Positions 1 to 13,125 of a stretch of DNA of 64,000 nucleotides are shown here, piece after piece. Where the stretch lies: NCBI RefSeq assembly GCF_006345805.1, contig NC_042998.1, positions 172,298,001-172,362,000 of the forward strand, read 5' to 3'. The translations under genes and the position numbers were made by a program. This stretch comes from Octopus sinensis (Eukaryota). Each line of letters begins with the position of its first letter. Within the stretch, counting starts at the first letter, position 1. The notes beneath the pieces were generated by a model that saw only the letters and a program-made list of their open reading frames with translations, was not told the origin of the DNA and did not search any database.

Positions 1-431
1 CTCTCACACACAACAATTGATAACAAGAATATCTTTCACTTCACCACACAATTTTTTTCTGTGTGGGAAGGTATGATTAAATATATTTATCCATTGTATT
101 ACTGAAATTCGATAATAAAAACAAGTTAGTTCTTTTGGTGTTAGTGTTTAGGATTGTGTACCTCGGAATTAAATACTATAAAATGTATAATTGCTATTTT
201 GTCAACTTATGACTAGTTGGATTTTGAGATAGAAATTGAGATATCAAAATAAGTACAGTTAAAAGTTAGTCTTACTTTAATACATCCGTTATATTATTTC
301 CCATTACATACTGCATTATATGTTTATTTTGAGATGTTTTGTTACATTAATTATGGCATTAACTTCATGTTTATCAATATATGATTACCTTTGGGCTTCT
401 AAATGATCATTTTTTTTTTTTATCTTTCTAG

Positions 432-496
432 CTTAGAGATAAAACACCCGTACACAAAGATATTATTGTTGCTAGAGGAATTCCTCCGAAACGAAG
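432..496 (+). CDS. PPP1R12A: MYPT1-like exon (LRDKTPVHKDIIVARGIPPKR), phase 0 to 2, just downstream of the ankyrin region
   Basis: Poly-T tract ending ttctag as acceptor; donor AAG|gttagt. Its AG plus the first A of the next exon gives Arg in frame. LRDKTP recalls human MYPT1 KRDKKSP. Confidence 0.75.
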
Positions 497-1584
497 GTTA
501 GTTAATTATTGATTCATATACAATATGAACGTTTTTACTATATTTTCTTAATATAATTTAAACATTGTTAAAAAAAAAGTCTCTAAAAATGGTTTACTTA
601 TGTGGTTTGTAGATTTTTTTCAAGTATTATACATTCTTTTTGGCAAATCATATCAATGAACTCTCGCTGTCACCCTTCAGGATTTAATAAACAAAGTAGC
701 TGTTGAATGCTGAAATTGATCCCATTCCCCCAACATTTGTAGCCTTGTGCCAATGTCCGTATTCAGTATTATCTACAACTTGTTTGTCCTTCTGGGCAAA
801 ACTTAGTTTATAAAAATTTGGCAAAAACAAAGTCTTGTTAAATTTTCTTAAATAATGATTAAAAATTGGACAGACAAGCATTCTTGTGTAGTTGAAACGA
901 TTGCTTAGCAACTATGTGGTAATGGGTTCAGCTCCACTATGTGGCACCCTTTAACAAGCATCTACTTAGCTCTGTACTGATTAATGTTTCTGAATGAATT
1001 TGGTAGATGGAAACTCAGTGTATGTGTGTTGATTTTTGTCCTTGAAATTCATTTACGCAAAAAGGTGACCAATAAAATGTTATCATCATTTACTGTTGGT
1101 CTTTGGATGGTTTGAATGCAGCTAGTAGGTCTGGGGAGTGTGTCAAGCTCCACTGTCTGTTTTGGCCTGATTTTTATTGCTAGATGCCCTTCCTAATGCC
1201 AGCTACTTTACAGAGTGGACTGGATAGGTTTTACCTGGCACAAGTGAAGTCACCATATAGCTTGCAAGACAAGAATCCCTCAACTGAGAAAGCCAATGGT
1301 ATCAAAGGAGGTTGCTTTGTGCCTGGTGATGAGTGGTTAAGCTATGATACAGGGACAGAAAGAGGTGGGTACTCTAGTTGGAAGAAGAGAGAGAGTATGA
1401 GAGATGGTGGCAACGTGCCAAGGCACACTCCCAAGGTACATGGATGTGAATTCATCCTATGTCTTCCTGGGTTTCCTTCTTCCACAACTGTGGAAGTATG
1501 TCAAGTGCTTGCCTATGTTTTAATGATGTATGTTGGATGTTAACATCAGCAAGAAAATTGAAAATCAATGCTTTTTCAAAATAA

Positions 1585-1850
1585 CCTGTTGTAATGGATT
1601 TTCTTCACCCAGTTATATCGGCACTCCCTTGTCACTCCCATCATGGAAATTAGAACTCGTGATTAGGTCATTGAAAACACATATATCTAACATTGCATGT
1701 TAATCAATTATGGTGATCTTCAATTATTAAATGACCTATTTTGGACCAGGGTGTTATCATTTCTATAGAATGTGCATGCATATATGTATAATTGAGAATG
1801 TGTTCCTGTCTGAGTATGTGTGAATATCTATGTATGTATGTATGTATGTA

Positions 1851-1882
<32 letters not shown>

Positions 1883-2230
1883 ATATATATATGTTACATA
1901 CATACACATATATATACACATATATACACACATATAACTACACTGAACTGTCTTATAGTGTACAATTAGTGTGTCACATACTGAATTTGAGTGTGACAAA
2001 AGGACCTGGTGTGTGAGGTCTTTGCAGTTGAACAAAGCAACTCCACCATGACTCCTTTCTTTCCTATCGGTCCGTAATACAACATACTGTTGTAAGTGTA
2101 TTTCTGCATTTGCTATATCTGGTTTTAGGTGTGTTTCCATAAGTGCTATGCATAAGGTTTGATTGCATGCAACAATGTCTCAAGAAGGGATTTTTTGTCC
2201 TGTTACTAAGTGTTAACAGTCCTCTGATGT
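1585..2230 (-). mobile_element. Degenerate non-LTR retrotransposon ORF2 5' part (APE endonuclease), split by a microsatellite
   Basis: Minus frames give LLNIRGL and ETHLKPDI..AEI.LQQYVVLRTDRKERSHGGVALF, typical APE motifs, with frameshifts. Confidence 0.7.
1828..1935. repeat. Compound (TATG)n/(TG)n/(TA)n microsatellite
   Basis: Direct reading. Confidence 0.95.
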
Positions 2231-2634
2231 TCAGTAAGAGCACCGATGTGATGTGTGTGTTGTTGCCAGTGGTGCCCACCTTGGATCTATCTGCTGTGAT
2301 GGTCTTGTGTATGCTACATCAATCTGTGAGATTGATGTGGCAAGGTCTGCTGCTGTACAATCTTTTATTCCATGCAGAAAAAAGATTGTTGTTCAGCAGC
2401 TGCCCTTTCAACAACATGTTGATAGGTCTGGAGATTGCATTTTATTCTATGTGTGCTACTAGAATTTAAGGTGGCTGTTAATGATTTTGCACTGCTAGTA
2501 TTTCAATTTGATTTCATAAGCAAGAAACAACTATGTAAAATATAGAAATTATCCCCCTTGAATGTTGGGAAATTTTTTTTTTCTTTTCATTGTTTGTGAA
2601 TAAGCATTAAAAAAATTTTTCATTTACAAAACAG

Positions 2635-2795
2635 AACATCTGTTACACGAATGAGTGGAGATCAAAAGCACAATGTTGTCCTACAAACATTAGAACAAGA
2701 AAAGGCACAACTTAACAACTACAGAAAAGATGAGGAAGCCAAAAAGAGTAGTTCAAGTTCAACAAATGATGACTCCAGTTCTGAGTCAGAGACAG
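2635..2795 (+). CDS. PPP1R12A: MYPT1-like acidic-region exon (TSVTRMSGDQKHNVVLQTLEQEKAQLNNYRKDEEAKKSSSSSTNDDSSSESET), phase 2 to 1
   Basis: acag acceptor; CAG|gtatgt donor. LEQEK...KK..SSSS...DDS.SE.ET matches the human MYPT1 acidic region SLEQEKVDEEEEGKKDESSCSSEEDEEDDSESEAET (recalled). Confidence 0.9.
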
Positions 2796-3289
2796 GTATG
2801 TTTGCAACTTATTTTCATTGTTTTGAATCTAATTAACAGAGCCTTCTAGTTTCAGATATTTTATTGAGTAAAAAATAAATTCAAGACTTTGTAGGTATCA
2901 GTAAGTTTAGTAACAGTGAAGAACATAAAACCATGGCATTTTGAACTATGGTCCTTTGACAGAGCGATTAAATATATGTAGTGGGTGAGGAGTGAAAAAT
3001 TAAACTTGATTGACTGAATACCAGGGAAAGGAAAGAAGATGACGAGGGTCCAGAGTGCTGGTGGGAGCAGAGGAAGGCCAAACAGTCAATACTGTATAGT
3101 GTGGTTTAACCAGCTAGGAAAGCACAGATACTCAGTGATAGAACAAAAGCAACAAGTATTTGGTGCTAAGAAAATAATGGTGGGTCTCTGAGATGGTGGC
3201 AAATACAGTGGGTAGAATGGGAATAGTTGAAGGTGAGTGTTCATACATTAAAAGCCATTGTTCACATGTAGAAAATTACCTTTTGTAAT

Positions 3290-3605
3290 AGGTTAGTGGC
3301 TTTACACTTATGACTGTGTGATCCAGAAGGTTGCAAGTGTCTTGTACTATAGTCCTGGTCTGACCAGAGTACCTTGTGATTGAATTTGGTGGAAAGGAAA
3401 CTGAAAGCCCATCATGCATGTGTGTATGTAGTTCCCCTTCCTGACAGCTGGTGTTCGTTTGTTTACATTCCCATAACTTTGGCAGAAACAGACCAATAGA
3501 ATAATTAACAGACTTGAAAATAAGTACTAGGGACAATTTGTTGGACCGAGCCCTTTGAAGTAGTGCTCTGGCATGGGTGCAGTCCAATGACTTAAATGAA
3601 AGATT
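3290..3605 (+). mobile_element. Old tRNA-derived SINE copy within a purine-rich LINE-like remnant
   Basis: Degenerate match to the young copy at 49036-49437 (gcaagtgtctt.tactatag...; aataagtactaggg...gtgctct.gcatgg.tgcagtc.aatgact). Confidence 0.55.
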
Positions 3606-4280
3606 ATGGTTATATAGTCAGGTAGGAAAAGTCAGTACTTGTGACTTTTGTAGACCCTCCCAGACTGGTGAAATTGATGTGGTAGGTGTTCATCTTGGAC
3701 AACTTCATGGTGGTGATTGTTGGGGAAAATATGGGTTAAGAGAATACTTTACAAATTTGTAGTTCTGAGGAGAAATGATCAAGGCATGTATACAGTGCAG
3801 AGTAATGGAAATCTGAGTGGAATGAGAAGGGCAGAGGCTACTTTAGTACAATAATAATAATAATAAATGGCTGAAGCCTTTTAGTGATTGAATGTTTACC
3901 AATCAATCAAATCCTCTTTATTGCTCATTCAGTCTTGGATGGTTTGCAAGTGTTGTTGAAAAAAAATCCTTATTAACATATTGAAAGCAATATTGTCCTT
4001 GTAAACTTTAATTATAAAATTTCACATATCTCACATAAATGGCATCGTTAATTTATAAAAAGGAAAAATTTTTGTTGGTTAGTTAGGAATAATACTTCTG
4101 TCTGCTGTGCACTCATGAACTGGAGCAATATTCTCTCTCCTGGTGGAAATAAAATACTTCTCCAGTTAATCTAAAATTTTACACTAAATAAATGTTTGTG
4201 TTTATATTTTTTGTTTTTCAAGTTGTTAGATTGAGACTGTTTCATGTCTTAAACATGTATTTTTTTTTTTTTGTTATTAG

Positions 4281-4324
4281 AACGTCAGAATCTAATTAAC
4301 AAGAACACATCCATCCCCCATACG
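4281..4324 (+). CDS. PPP1R12A: 44-nt exon (ERQNLINKNTSIPHT), phase 1 to 0
   Basis: Long T tract plus ttattag acceptor; consensus ACG|gtaagt donor. It supplies exactly the phase change needed between the 2795 donor and the 9626 acceptor. Confidence 0.85.
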
Positions 4325-4435
4325 GTAAGTTTCCACAATATGTATACACACACACACACACCTCCAGGCATTTGCTTTTAATATTTTTCTTTTTCTTCTA
4401 TTTTTAAAGTATACTGTGGTACTTCTTTCTCTCTC

Positions 4436-4438
<3 letters not shown>

Positions 4439-4475
<37 letters not shown>

Positions 4476-4506
4476 TAGATATATATATATATATAGATAT
4501 ATATAT
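4439..4506. repeat. (TA)n/(GATA) microsatellite
   Basis: Direct reading. Confidence 0.95.
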
Positions 4507-5968
4507 TATTTTTGTTGCACAATAATGGAATGAATTTTAGAATTGATAGCGAAAATATATTATTGGTAGAAGTCTTAGAACACTGGACAAAATGCAGTAT
4601 AGTATTTACAGAGTTCAACTTTGGTAGAGGTTAACATACTCTTCATATTTCCATGGTTGCTAAGATATTTTACCAGTCCTGTACTGGGGTGTATTGACTG
4701 TATTCTTCCCATAAAATGTATGGCCTTGTGCTAATGTTAGAACTTGTTACTCAGAATACAAATAAGTGCAGGTATTGGTATATACCTTCTCTTGATGAGT
4801 ATGCAGCTTCCTTATTGTGTATTGAGTCCTTGTTCCTGTATTACTAATCAGACATTGTTTCACTTAAATTTTTTGTCCTATAATATCAAATTCATAGAAA
4901 TACAAGTCTATTTGTAGTTCAGAAGTCACTTTTTCATTGAATATATATAGTACATCCAGGTATCAAATTAGGGTAAATGAGTTTATTAGAAGTATATTAA
5001 ATTAGTCACATTTCTTAAACCATCTCTCAAACTGTTACTCAAGTTTCTCTTTTATTTTTTAAGTTCTTTGATATTTTAACAGTCTTCGAGATACATTTCA
5101 TATTTTGGTAGAAAATCTGATTTACCATTTCAACATGCAGCATACTGGGTTTAATACCAAAAAAAATCCCTTTAATTTCCTTAGATATTGTGCTTTCTTT
5201 TGTTTTCATTTCATGGAATAGTTCCCTGAAATTTCTTACTAAACAAAGCAGTATACTTTATAGAGTAATAGCTGATGTAGTTGTCTTGCTTTTTAAGTAT
5301 CAGTCAGATTTATAGTATCAGTTCAGCAATCAAGTTTTTGTTCTGAAAATATTTTAACATACATTTCATATTTTCCCTGGGATTTTAGTTTTGCTTCCTG
5401 ATCTTTCATTATTTTCAATTAATGTAGTATATTCTTGAACTGAAACCGAAATATCAGATAGATGATTTTGTATTATGGATGGTCAACTTCTCAGCAGTAC
5501 TTTTTTTTTTCTTTTTCCTTTTTTTTGAAGTTTAGAATTGTTTTTTTAAATATTACAAAGCTGGTTTTAAATTGAACCTGTTTTGTAATTTAGAACATTT
5601 CTGTGTATTATACTGAGGATATTTTTCTGTAAAAAAAAATTCCTTAAGCTTTCTACTGTCTAATTTAAAAGTAAGTTTTTCAACCTGCATATCATACATA
5701 AATCTAAATTTATTTTCAAGTAACTACCATTTGCATCCATTTTCTCAAAATTGTAATGGTTAATTATTTTACTTGCTTGTCTGCAAGTTTTTATTGAGTA
5801 GCTTTATACTTTTTGCCATAGCTAGTTTTATTTCTCTGTGGGTACCATTCTGTTTTTCTGTGTGGATTCTTCAATATTTTTCTTTCTAAAAAATAAAATA
5901 AAAAAAAAATGAAAAGAAGTCTTTGATTGATATTCCCTCTTCTTTGGCTTTTTGCTTGGCGTGGGAAG

Positions 5969-6145
5969 GAGGAAGATAATGCAGCTCTAGCTTCTGACAC
6001 AACAAATTCTCAGACTGAATTCTTATATGATGATGTATTTGAAGAACATGTCTCTGAGACAAATCCTGACTCTGAGTATATTAATGATAATGTCACATTC
6101 ACTCTACCTACCGATGAAACAGAGGTTCAATTTGATGAAATGGAT
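5969..6145 (+). CDS. PPP1R12A: Probable acidic cassette exon (EEDNAALASDTT...TEVQFDEMD), phase 0 to 0; 5' boundary uncertain
   Basis: Open acidic frame ending GAT|gtgagt. The pyrimidine tract precedes several AGs; the AAG at 5966-5968 gives a 177-nt symmetric exon. No recognised vertebrate counterpart. Confidence 0.6.
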
Positions 6146-9100
6146 GTGAGTATTTCACTCAAACCCAAGCAGCTGAATCGAGTTTTATGTCCGCTGTTGC
6201 TGTGCCTTTATACTAAACTGGTGATGGTTGGAACATGAACATTTTGCTTCCGTGTACATTTTGAGCTTGCATGGATTTTAACTGTGGTAACAATTCAGGA
6301 AAAAAATTATGCTTAAAGTTGTATCAAGTTTTCTTTCTGAAATCTGCTTTACTAATTGTTTTGATTTATCTCCAAATGATAGCCAAAATCTAACAATTTA
6401 CAAAATTATATTTGATATTGCAATGTGTTTTGTAATACTGCTATGGAGAAAATATTTTTTTCCTCCATTATTTCCTCTACATTAATCACATGTAGTGCTA
6501 ATAAAATTCCATTTTTAAAACTGTTTAAACCCCTAGAGTAAACTATAGAATTTAGATGAAAATAATGGCCCTCTTCATAGTTTATCTAACTGTTTCCTAT
6601 CTTGTCTTTAATTTTTGTCTAAATAGATAGTAAAATAATATCCACTGATTATATCAGAACCTAACTTCATTTTCTGTGTCTATTATTGTTTGTCTTATCC
6701 CTTATCTGATTAGTTATCTAAAATATCTACTAATAATAACTCAAATTCATGATCACCAGTGAAATTAATGTTAAAAATTGCACCTTCTTGAATCAGATCT
6801 TTAAAAATTTTTTCACAATTGCATGTATTTTTTTTTTCTTTTTGTTATTGGCATTTTCTCTTCTTAAAATGCTCTTCAGAATAATGTAATCATTCTTCAA
6901 ACATTCTTTACATATTTTTACTTCGCACCAATTCTGCAGCTATAAATGTTAAATGGAAAATTAAAAAATGTATTTTGATTACATTAAAGTCTTTGCTTCT
7001 AAAAAAAATATTTTACATTGATAATTGATAATTTGACTCACACTCTTCCAAAATAAATTTTTAACTCTGTAAGATTTAATACAAAACCTATAAAATAGTA
7101 TAACTAGATTTTAATCCATCTATAGATATGAACTTTAATGAATTTTAGCTCAATATTGAAGAAAGGATGTGAAAATAACATGAGCAATATCTAGAAGATT
7201 CTAGAGGTTTGTCCATGTAGTGAATAGAGAACAACTGTTTCCCCACTAGATAGTGCCTTGATTATCTCTCTGCCTTATTTCCATCCCAATTTCAGTATGT
7301 TTCCAGAAAGTTTCTTATTACTGGTTTCTGTATATCTTTGGATATGTTTAGCCATGTGTTTATCATTAATATCTCATGATAAATTCACGCTCTTATGCTC
7401 TTCCAAGATGCTTGTACACAAATGTACATCTACACATTGATTTCAGTTTCCTTTAACATATAAAATATTGGCTTCTCACAGTTTCCTATTGGAAAAACAT
7501 CTTTGTATTTATTTGTTGTTCTCTCGACTCCATAAAATGGAAGGATAAACGTTAGTCTCATGCTATTAAAGTCATTTGTTAGATAAAGATTTTGCATTGT
7601 GTACCACATCCATAAAAATTGTCTTCTGCTTGAGCTTGAAACCATATAGCTGAAATTTGCTTCATTATAATTTCAATGTACAATATTTTCTCAAGCTTAA
7701 ACTTTATTAGCTGTGTAAATCGTGTATTGCAAATGTGACTAATCACAAATACATTTTGCTTAAATATCACCAGCTCCTTTCATGTCTGTATATCCATGCA
7801 TTTCTAGTCCTGTAAATTATTCATTAAAAAAATCAAGTTGTATTTATTTTGTTTCTGAATGTATAAGTTATTGGATTTTATCTCCAATTTATAATAAAGG
7901 GATTTATTTGTTTGTGTTTAATTAGCTTTACAGTAACACTTCATTATTTCATTTATACTGTGTATTAATAAGAAAAGTCAATACATAGTTTTTTCCTCAG
8001 CTTCATATAGCAAAACTTTTTCTCTTTTGATGCTTTTTTTTAAAATATATTTTTACTTCAATCACAGGGGTTAAGATTAGCTTTAAGTTTTTGACTAAGC
8101 AGGACAAATCTGACTATGAAAACTTATCTGAAAATAGACACTTTTTCACTTAAGAAATGTATAATTGTCATAAGGTCATATAGGCTCCTACAAAATATGC
8201 AACCACAATTCCTGTATAATATTGATTCCACAGGAAACACATGTTGACCATTAAAGTTATAATACATAACTTCATGTTCACTAGAAACATGGTTAGGAAC
8301 TAGCAAGGAAAGATGATAAAAGAGAATTGAGGATTCATATTGTAGCTTCTGTTTATATTGATCCCAACTTTATTTTTGAATCATGATGCTTGGTTATTTT
8401 GAGTTGGTAGTACAAATAAGTTTAGGGGTATATACACACCCACTGTAAATGTTGAACCATGAAAATATTTTATTGGCAAATCATGGCTTTTTAACCATTT
8501 AAACCCAGTATATAATCTTAGAGCCTAAATGGCTAAGCTATTGCATTACCCACTCTTAGATTTGGACATCAAATATTTTTTATATTATATCCATTAGTTG
8601 CCCCAGTTCACCTTTTCATGTGTAAACTGAAATAACTTAAATCAAATTAAAATAAATTTGAAACAACAAACAAGTGTTTTGAAGTAAATCAGAATACTTG
8701 CAAAGGAAACTGTCTATTTCAATTAGATAATGCCACCCTATATATTATCCAGTGTATAGAATATACATTATGTATACAAAGTACACCATAGCCTGTTTTA
8801 AAATGGTATTATTTTATGGGAATTTGGCTGTGCTATTTGAAGCAGGCTGAGCAATGGGTTTTTCTCTTTATTGTCTCACTTTGGCAACATCATTCAATGG
8901 TCTATTATAAAAATGTTAAACCTATAATTCTCTGAAAATTTTTTAGCCAGTTGCAATAGAAAAGTCATTTGAGAGTTCCGTATTTCTAAAATTTTGTACT
9001 GACAATTGATATGTAACTTGGTATTTATCAATTTACACGTTCAGACATGCACAATGATTGAATTAGCTGATGAGGTCTTATAGGAAACAAAATGAAGGCT

Positions 9101-9625
9101 TACCTCTAGAATTTTTCTAAAAAAAAATTGTGCAGCTGTTTCAAGAAAAGCAGCTTTTATACAAACCGAGAAACATTTATAGTATAAATGTTTTATCATT
9201 TTGACAGATACATTCTGAACAGCCTATAGTAAATCCAATACAATTTGGTGTATATGCTAAATAGTTATAAATTCTTTCTTTCTTTGACTATTAAAAGGTA
9301 CAAAGAACAAAAAAAAAATGTGTATCAAATAGTTTACTCATTTCCCATGCAGCTTAAATATATTTAATGTTTACTGAATGAAAACACCTTTATGGATGAG
9401 TTTTCATTTTTTTTCTTCTGGAATATTGTTTTTTGGATTGTAAATTTATTTGTATTTTGCTGGATATATTTTTACTTTCTCAGATAACATTGAATATTTG
9501 TGAAAGCATCTATGCCATTTTGCAGCATGCCTTTTAGTTTTACACACTGCCCATTGCTTTTCCACCATTCCTTCCTGTCTTAAAGTTGCATCTCCTTTAC
9601 CTGTAATCCATTGAATGATTTTTAG

Positions 9626-9841
9626 GTGCCTTCTTCACCAAGTGGTACACAACCTTCCCTGGCAAGCACTCCCTCTGTCATTGGATCCCAAAGCAAGACC
9701 TCCACAGTCCAATCCACGAAACCAGAATTACGTAAATTTGGCAGTACTAGTACGGTTCCTAATGAGACTAATGAACATGATGCTGATGTTATTCCTCGCT
9801 CAGCTTCCACTCCTCGACTTGCATGTGATGATGATTCTATT
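9626..9841 (+). CDS. PPP1R12A: Exon with LRKFGSTS and RSASTPRL motifs, phase 0 to 0
   Basis: tttttag acceptor; ATT|gtgagt donor. The motifs align with human MYPT1 LRKTGSY (S445) and RSASSPRL (S472/S473). Confidence 0.93.
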
Positions 9842-10336
9842 GTGAGTGTGCATCAGTTTATTGCTTATTGGGAAGCAGTTAGCCCATTTATTTTCCAACT
9901 ATAACTTATTTAAAAAAAATGTTAAGCTTGTCCATTTAACAAGAAATGGAAAGCAAGCATTCTGTTCCATAGATATTGCAGAATAGGTTTTAAGTTAATG
10001 AACCCTTTTGAAACTTCTTCCCTGTGAGTGTCCCAGACTAAATTTTTGTGATTTTCCTTTTGAATTGCACAATTATTAGATTCTTTTGTAGTTAGACATT
10101 TTTGTCAGATACTACTAACTGATTTATCTTTGCTTAAAAATGGAATTTAACCACTTGTTTGGTTGTGAACTCATTTTGATCATCCTACCATTTTTATAAT
10201 TAATATTTGTATAATTTTATTTCATTTGATGTGTAGTGGGAGAAAGGCATTTTGCTCATTTAGTTTCAACCTTTTGGTTGTGATTAAGCTGGCTTTCTAT
10301 AAATTTTCTTGAAATATTCGTTTGTATTTTATTTAG

Positions 10337-10437
10337 AATAAGCCAGACTCCCAGCAAACTCCAAGCAGTGTCTCATCAGGAAATGTCACTGCTGAGTTTA
10401 CAGTGACTGCACCCCTAGAACAGCCAACAGATGACAG
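10337..10437 (+). CDS. PPP1R12A: Exon (NKPDSQQTPSSVSSGNVTAEFTVTAPLEQPTDDR), phase 0 to 2
   Basis: atttag acceptor; CAG|gtttgt donor. Open frame, phase-compatible with both neighbours. Confidence 0.85.
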
Positions 10438-12809
10438 GTTTGTGAGATTATATAAGCAATTAAATGCTAAGTGTTTATATATTTCTACATACTACTTAAT
10501 TTAAATTGTTCTAATTCTCTAATGTGCTTTTGTTTTTTTTGTTAACATTTTTACTGAAACTGTTTATATTCCTTTTAATATATACTTATAACAGTATTAT
10601 TTGTGATTAATTTGTTTCAAACAATAATTCACAATTTAATTAATTAGAATTTTATCTGTATTCATTTAGCTTTCCTAATAAGTTTTGATACATGTTTTTT
10701 TTTGTTGTTTTCGAATTTATTACTTCATATACTCAATTGTGTGTGTATGCACACACACACACACATATGCTGCTGCAAAGCCTTCAGCTTATTTATGCTT
10801 TAAAAAAATAATAGTAGCATATATCATTTATTGACTGTTTACTGAACACAAATATATTAAATATTTGAGCCAATGTGCATTACACTAACTACTTCAATGG
10901 AACTAAATGGAAAGTGCATACCAATTCCCACTTAATTTTAGTGGTTAGTGCCAAGAAAAGTTGTTCTACTGTCAGAACATCTGTTATTTAAATTTACATG
11001 TGGGTACCTATTATGGATGAATGTTCCATTTCTTATATTCCGTTTCACCCACAGAGCCATTATGAAGTATTTTAAAAAAATGCAAGCTCTTTTTCATTTC
11101 ATTAATAACATATTTCAATAAGCTGTTGTTCTGTTGAATATTGTTTGGACATTCTTGTGAATAATTTTAACTTAACACAGATTGCTTGGTTATATCAATA
11201 CTGTTACTTGAGTTCTTATTTTTTAGTATTATTATTATCAAGTATAAATTAAGTAAATGTGAAAGAACAAAGAGAAAGTTGATCAATTTTGTTTGCAAAC
11301 AATATTCCGAGAAATGAAGGCAAGTCTTTTATGATGAAAGTACAGCTGATTTATATATTGTACACGTTTATCAGTTTATTATCTTTGAATAAATTATGTC
11401 TGCATACTTTGTATATTTAAATAACTTGATGCCCCCTTTTTTGGCATGGCTCTGTAAGGATAGCATGTTCAGTGTTGTCTTTCGTTTTATATCTATTCTT
11501 CCATGTCGTCTGTGAATTATGTCTTCTGCCTATATATAACCTTAATGTGTTTATATTCCTACAATTTCCTTTGTGGCCTGCATGTAAAATGAAACCATTT
11601 TTTCTTTTCTCTTATTTTCTTTCTCCTCTAATCTGAGCACTCCATAACATTTTGGCATAAAAATTAATCAAATTTAAAATAACTCTTTGAATGTGATTAA
11701 TATACTTTTTATTGTTGATATAATATCTCAAGAGAATGTTTGCTCATCTTTAATCTGGACTTTATAGTTCTGAAGCATTTTTCTCTTTAACTTTGCAAAT
11801 TTTTCAACTTTATATCAAAAAGAACAAATTATCTATGAGTCAACTGATATTTATGTCAGTTGAATTAGCAAGTAGTCCTGTCCCAAACCTTTCTTCTCTT
11901 CCCGTTTGGTCTTGAATTGACCTGTTGCCTAACTATGTCAGCTTGCTTAACATTTTACGTACGCTTACTCCTAATAGCTAAAAAGTACTTGCACGTAATA
12001 AAAAGAATATTTCTCACAGAAAAAAGAAAAGGGATTAAGGTTGCTATCATGATGCATAAGCAGTATGGTCAGTTTGGCCATATGTTCACGTTCATTGGGG
12101 AAAATATTCTAAAATCAATTAAAAGTAGTACTCACCAAGGATTTCCTAAAAATACTTGAATCAGAGCTTATGTAAGTATATCATTATAAGTAATTGAAAC
12201 ACTCATCATTCCTTTCATCATTTTCCTGAAATAAGTTATCTCTCTCACTGCTGCTTGCACCAACCACTTCAGCGAAATTATGAGATTTATGTAATTCACA
12301 TATCATGCTACCTGAATGAAATAGGTATTTATGTAAGGGAAGTGACAGAGTTGTTTTCTTACAAACAAGAGTATCTCTTGCTTTGCTTTCCATGTCATTG
12401 CTTAACAGCATTATCCCCCTTATAAAGTGATATCACTATGTCAGCTGGTTTTGGTATTCAACAAAGTAGCTTCTAGAGGATCACTCCATTTGCTAGAAAT
12501 ATCATCCAAATTACACCTACTCCCATAATGGATGTCTGGAAAGTGTCATGATGATCAAGACTGGAATGCTTTTCATCATACATTTGTCTGATCAGGGCTG
12601 ATCTAGATAACAACCAAGTTCAATTTGACCTATTGAAGGATGGCCCCAATATGGTCCCTGAACTTGTTAGAAATATTAACCAAATGTCCTTCAGATCCTA
12701 CACTTTTCAATTAGAAAAGAACATATTAAACAGCAGTCCTATATAAACAAAAGGCAAGTTAAGATATATTACATAAACTAGGAGAAAACCAATCAGAAGG
12801 CAATGTTTT

Positions 12810-13125
12810 GCCTAGCTTGCTTCTCAACCATGTGGTTTCAAGTTAAGTCCCATTGCGTGGCACCTTCGGCAAGTGTCTTCTATAACCCTGGGCTAGCCAA
12901 AGTCTTGGGAATGGATTTGGTTAATGGAAACTGAAAGAAGCTTGTCATGTATACATGTATTTGTATGTTTGTGTATTCCTTGGCAACATGTGATGTTAAT
13001 TTCTAGTCCTAATGGAAAACATGTCTGGCCATGGAAAATATTATCTTACTTAGAAACAGATGAGGGTTGCTGACAGGAAGGGCATGTGGTCACAGAAAAT
13101 TTGCTTCAACAAATTCATCATCATC
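12810..13125 (+). mobile_element. tRNA-headed SINE copy with an RTE-like 3' part
   Basis: Same head as other copies (gtggcacct..ggcaagtgtcttcta...ggatttggt.a.ggaaactgaaagaagc), followed by gacaggaagggca. Confidence 0.65.

Noticed and set aside
3276-3587. 103-aa minus-strand ORF
   Set aside because: It is the antisense reading of a decayed SINE.
12184-12411. Minus-strand ORF with a protein-like composition
   Set aside because: No recognisable domain or splice structure; possibly an old transposon fragment, but I could not assign it.
12547-12600. ATGATGA...CTGA as a box C/D snoRNA
   Set aside because: Too short, with no terminal stem and no internal C'/D' boxes.
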